A stretch of 24,702 nt of DNA, filler included, from an uncultured bacterium (GTDB lineage: Bacteria > CAYUVA01), in assembly GCA_964448115.1 (NCBI GenBank). It is 6 parts of 6 records of this genome, joined end to end, with 100 filler letters (N's around TTAATTAATTAA, not from the genome) between each part and the next. Parts side by side here need not be neighbours in the genome. Positions count along the whole stretch, not along the records: positions 22,475 to 24,702 come from CAYUVA010000086.1; 5 more parts are not named here. One strand, given 5' to 3'. Positions 23,535-24,702 of the stretch are shown piece by piece. Position 1 is the first letter of the stretch. The number at the start of each line of letters is the position of its first letter. The notes under the pieces are model-generated. The model saw only the letters and a program-made list of their open reading frames with translations, was not told the origin of the DNA and did not search any database. A program made the position numbers and the translations under genes.

Positions 23535-24702
23535 ATGAACAAGGAAGACATCCTTGACATTGTTAAGGACCAGAAGATCCGCAGCATCCAACTATGGTTT
23601 ACCGATATTTTGGGTAACCTTAAGGGTATCACGGTAACCTCGGGCGAATTGAGCCATGTATTAGTCGAAGGACAGGGCTTTGACGGCTCTTCGATCGAGG
23701 GGTTCGTGCGCATCGAGGAATCGGATCTGATCGCGGTTCCTGACCTGGAGACCTTTACTGTTCTGCCCTGGCTTTCGGGTGGAGAACGTATCGCCTTCAT
23801 GATCTGCGAGATCCGCAATCCTAACGGCGAGCTTTGCATGATGGATTCACGCAATGTGCTCAAGATGCACCTTGAAAGGTTGAAGGAAAAGGGTTTAACC
23901 CTTTATCTTGGACCGGAGTATGAATTCTTCTATTTTGCTGACGGTGAACAGCCCAAGATTCTCGATTCCGGTGGCTACTTCGACTTCATGTTCGTAGAGA
24001 GCCTGACAAATGTGAAGCGAAAGACAATCTTTGCCCTAGAAGAAATGGGGATACCGGTCGAGGCGAGCCATCACGAGGTATCGACCAGCCAGTACGAGGT
24101 GGATCTGAAGTACCAGGAAGCGCTGCGCATGGCTGATATAACCATGATCTTCAAGTTTGTGGTAAAAAAGATAGCCCTGGAGAATGGCTTATTTGCCAGC
24201 TTCATGCCCAAGCCGATATACGGAGTAAACGGCTCCGGGATGCACACGCATCAATCGTTATTCAGAAACGGCGAGAACACCTTCCACGATCCCGATGACG
24301 AATTCGGTCTTTCGCAGAGCGCCAAATACTATATCGCTGGCATCCTCAAGCACTGTCGTGAGATAACGCTGGCAACCAATCAGTGGGTCAACTCATACAA
24401 GCGGCTCATTGTTGGCTTCGAGGCGCCCGTATATATATGCTGGGGCAGGAAGAATCGCTCAGCCTTGGTGCGCATCCCAGTGAGCACCTCACCGGAGAGG
24501 ACTCGCATCGAGTATAGAGCGCCTGATCCAGCATGCAATCCATACCTGGCTTTCTCTGCAATGCTTTGCGCTGGAATGAAGGGCATTGAGGAAAAATTGG
24601 AATTCCCCAAGCCGGTTGAGGTCGATCTCTACCGCTTATCTCCTGAAGAGCGCAAAAAGATAGGCGTTAGAGCGCTGCCGGATAGCCTGGAGGTCGCAAT
24701 AC
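23535..24702 (+). CDS. glnA: Glutamine synthetase type I (alpha-like), 3' end outside the window
   Basis: Manual translation from ATG 23535 (GGGGGA RBS): LWFTDILGNLKG, GFDGSSIEGFVRIEESD, GPEYEFFYF, SHHEV..QYE, FMPKPIYGVNGSGMHTHQS, NSYKRL..GFEAP..WGRKNRSALVRIP, RIEYRAPDPACNPY. Not in the ORF track because there is no stop. Confidence 0.96.
   Translation, partial: MNKEDILDIVKDQKIRSIQLWFTDILGNLKGITVTSGELSHVLVEGQGFDGSSIEGFVRIEESDLIAVPDLETFTVLPWLSGGERIAFMICEIRNPNGELCMMDSRNVLKMHLERLKEKGLTLYLGPEYEFFYFADGEQPKILDSGGYFDFMFVESLTNVKRKTIFALEEMGIPVEASHHEVSTSQYEVDLKYQEALRMADITMIFKFVVKKIALENGLFASFMPKPIYGVNGSGMHTHQSLFRNGENTFHDPDDEFGLSQSAKYYIAGILKHCREITLATNQWVNSYKRLIVGFEAPVYICWGRKNRSALVRIPVSTSPERTRIEYRAPDPACNPYLAFSAMLCAGMKGIEEKLEFPKPVEVDLYRLSPEERKKIGVRALPDSLEVAI

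Noticed and set aside
20248-24610. Assorted ORFs opposite alaS, the RNase Z-like gene and glnA
   Set aside because: Shadow frames of well-supported housekeeping genes.

Overview
This window is not one continuous locus. It is six short contigs joined by artificial 100-nt linkers (N44-TTAATTAATTAA-N44) at 5513-5612, 10935-11034, 16120-16219, 19586-19685 and 22375-22474, so adjacency across linkers means nothing. The sequence is bacterial and probably from a draft or metagenome-assembled genome. Contig 1: an NLR-like STAND NTPase-TPR gene with perfect 120-bp repeats (missed by the ORF track), a stand-alone rpmA, an FAD oxidoreductase, an inverted orphan TPR fragment and REP-like palindromes. Contig 2: a tightly coupled defence-type operon (HEPN protein; HEPN-RecD-like helicase with duplicated C-terminal domains; TPR-like plus OB/cold-shock protein, resembling TOTE conflict systems), apparently between a methyltransferase end and a large helicase start. 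Contig 3: a Rieske / cytochrome b6-type / octaheme HAO-like respiratory module, IS debris, and an XRE regulator ahead of a possible hsdM start. Contig 4: a Cas6-RT-Cas1 fusion and a degenerate cas2, bracketed by a 75-bp inverted repeat (72/75 identical) that looks like two outward-facing CRISPR leaders; no array is in the window. Contig 5: tRNA-Asn and alaS. Contig 6: an RNase Z-like MBL hydrolase and glnA. All family assignments come from motif recognition by eye, not from database searches.
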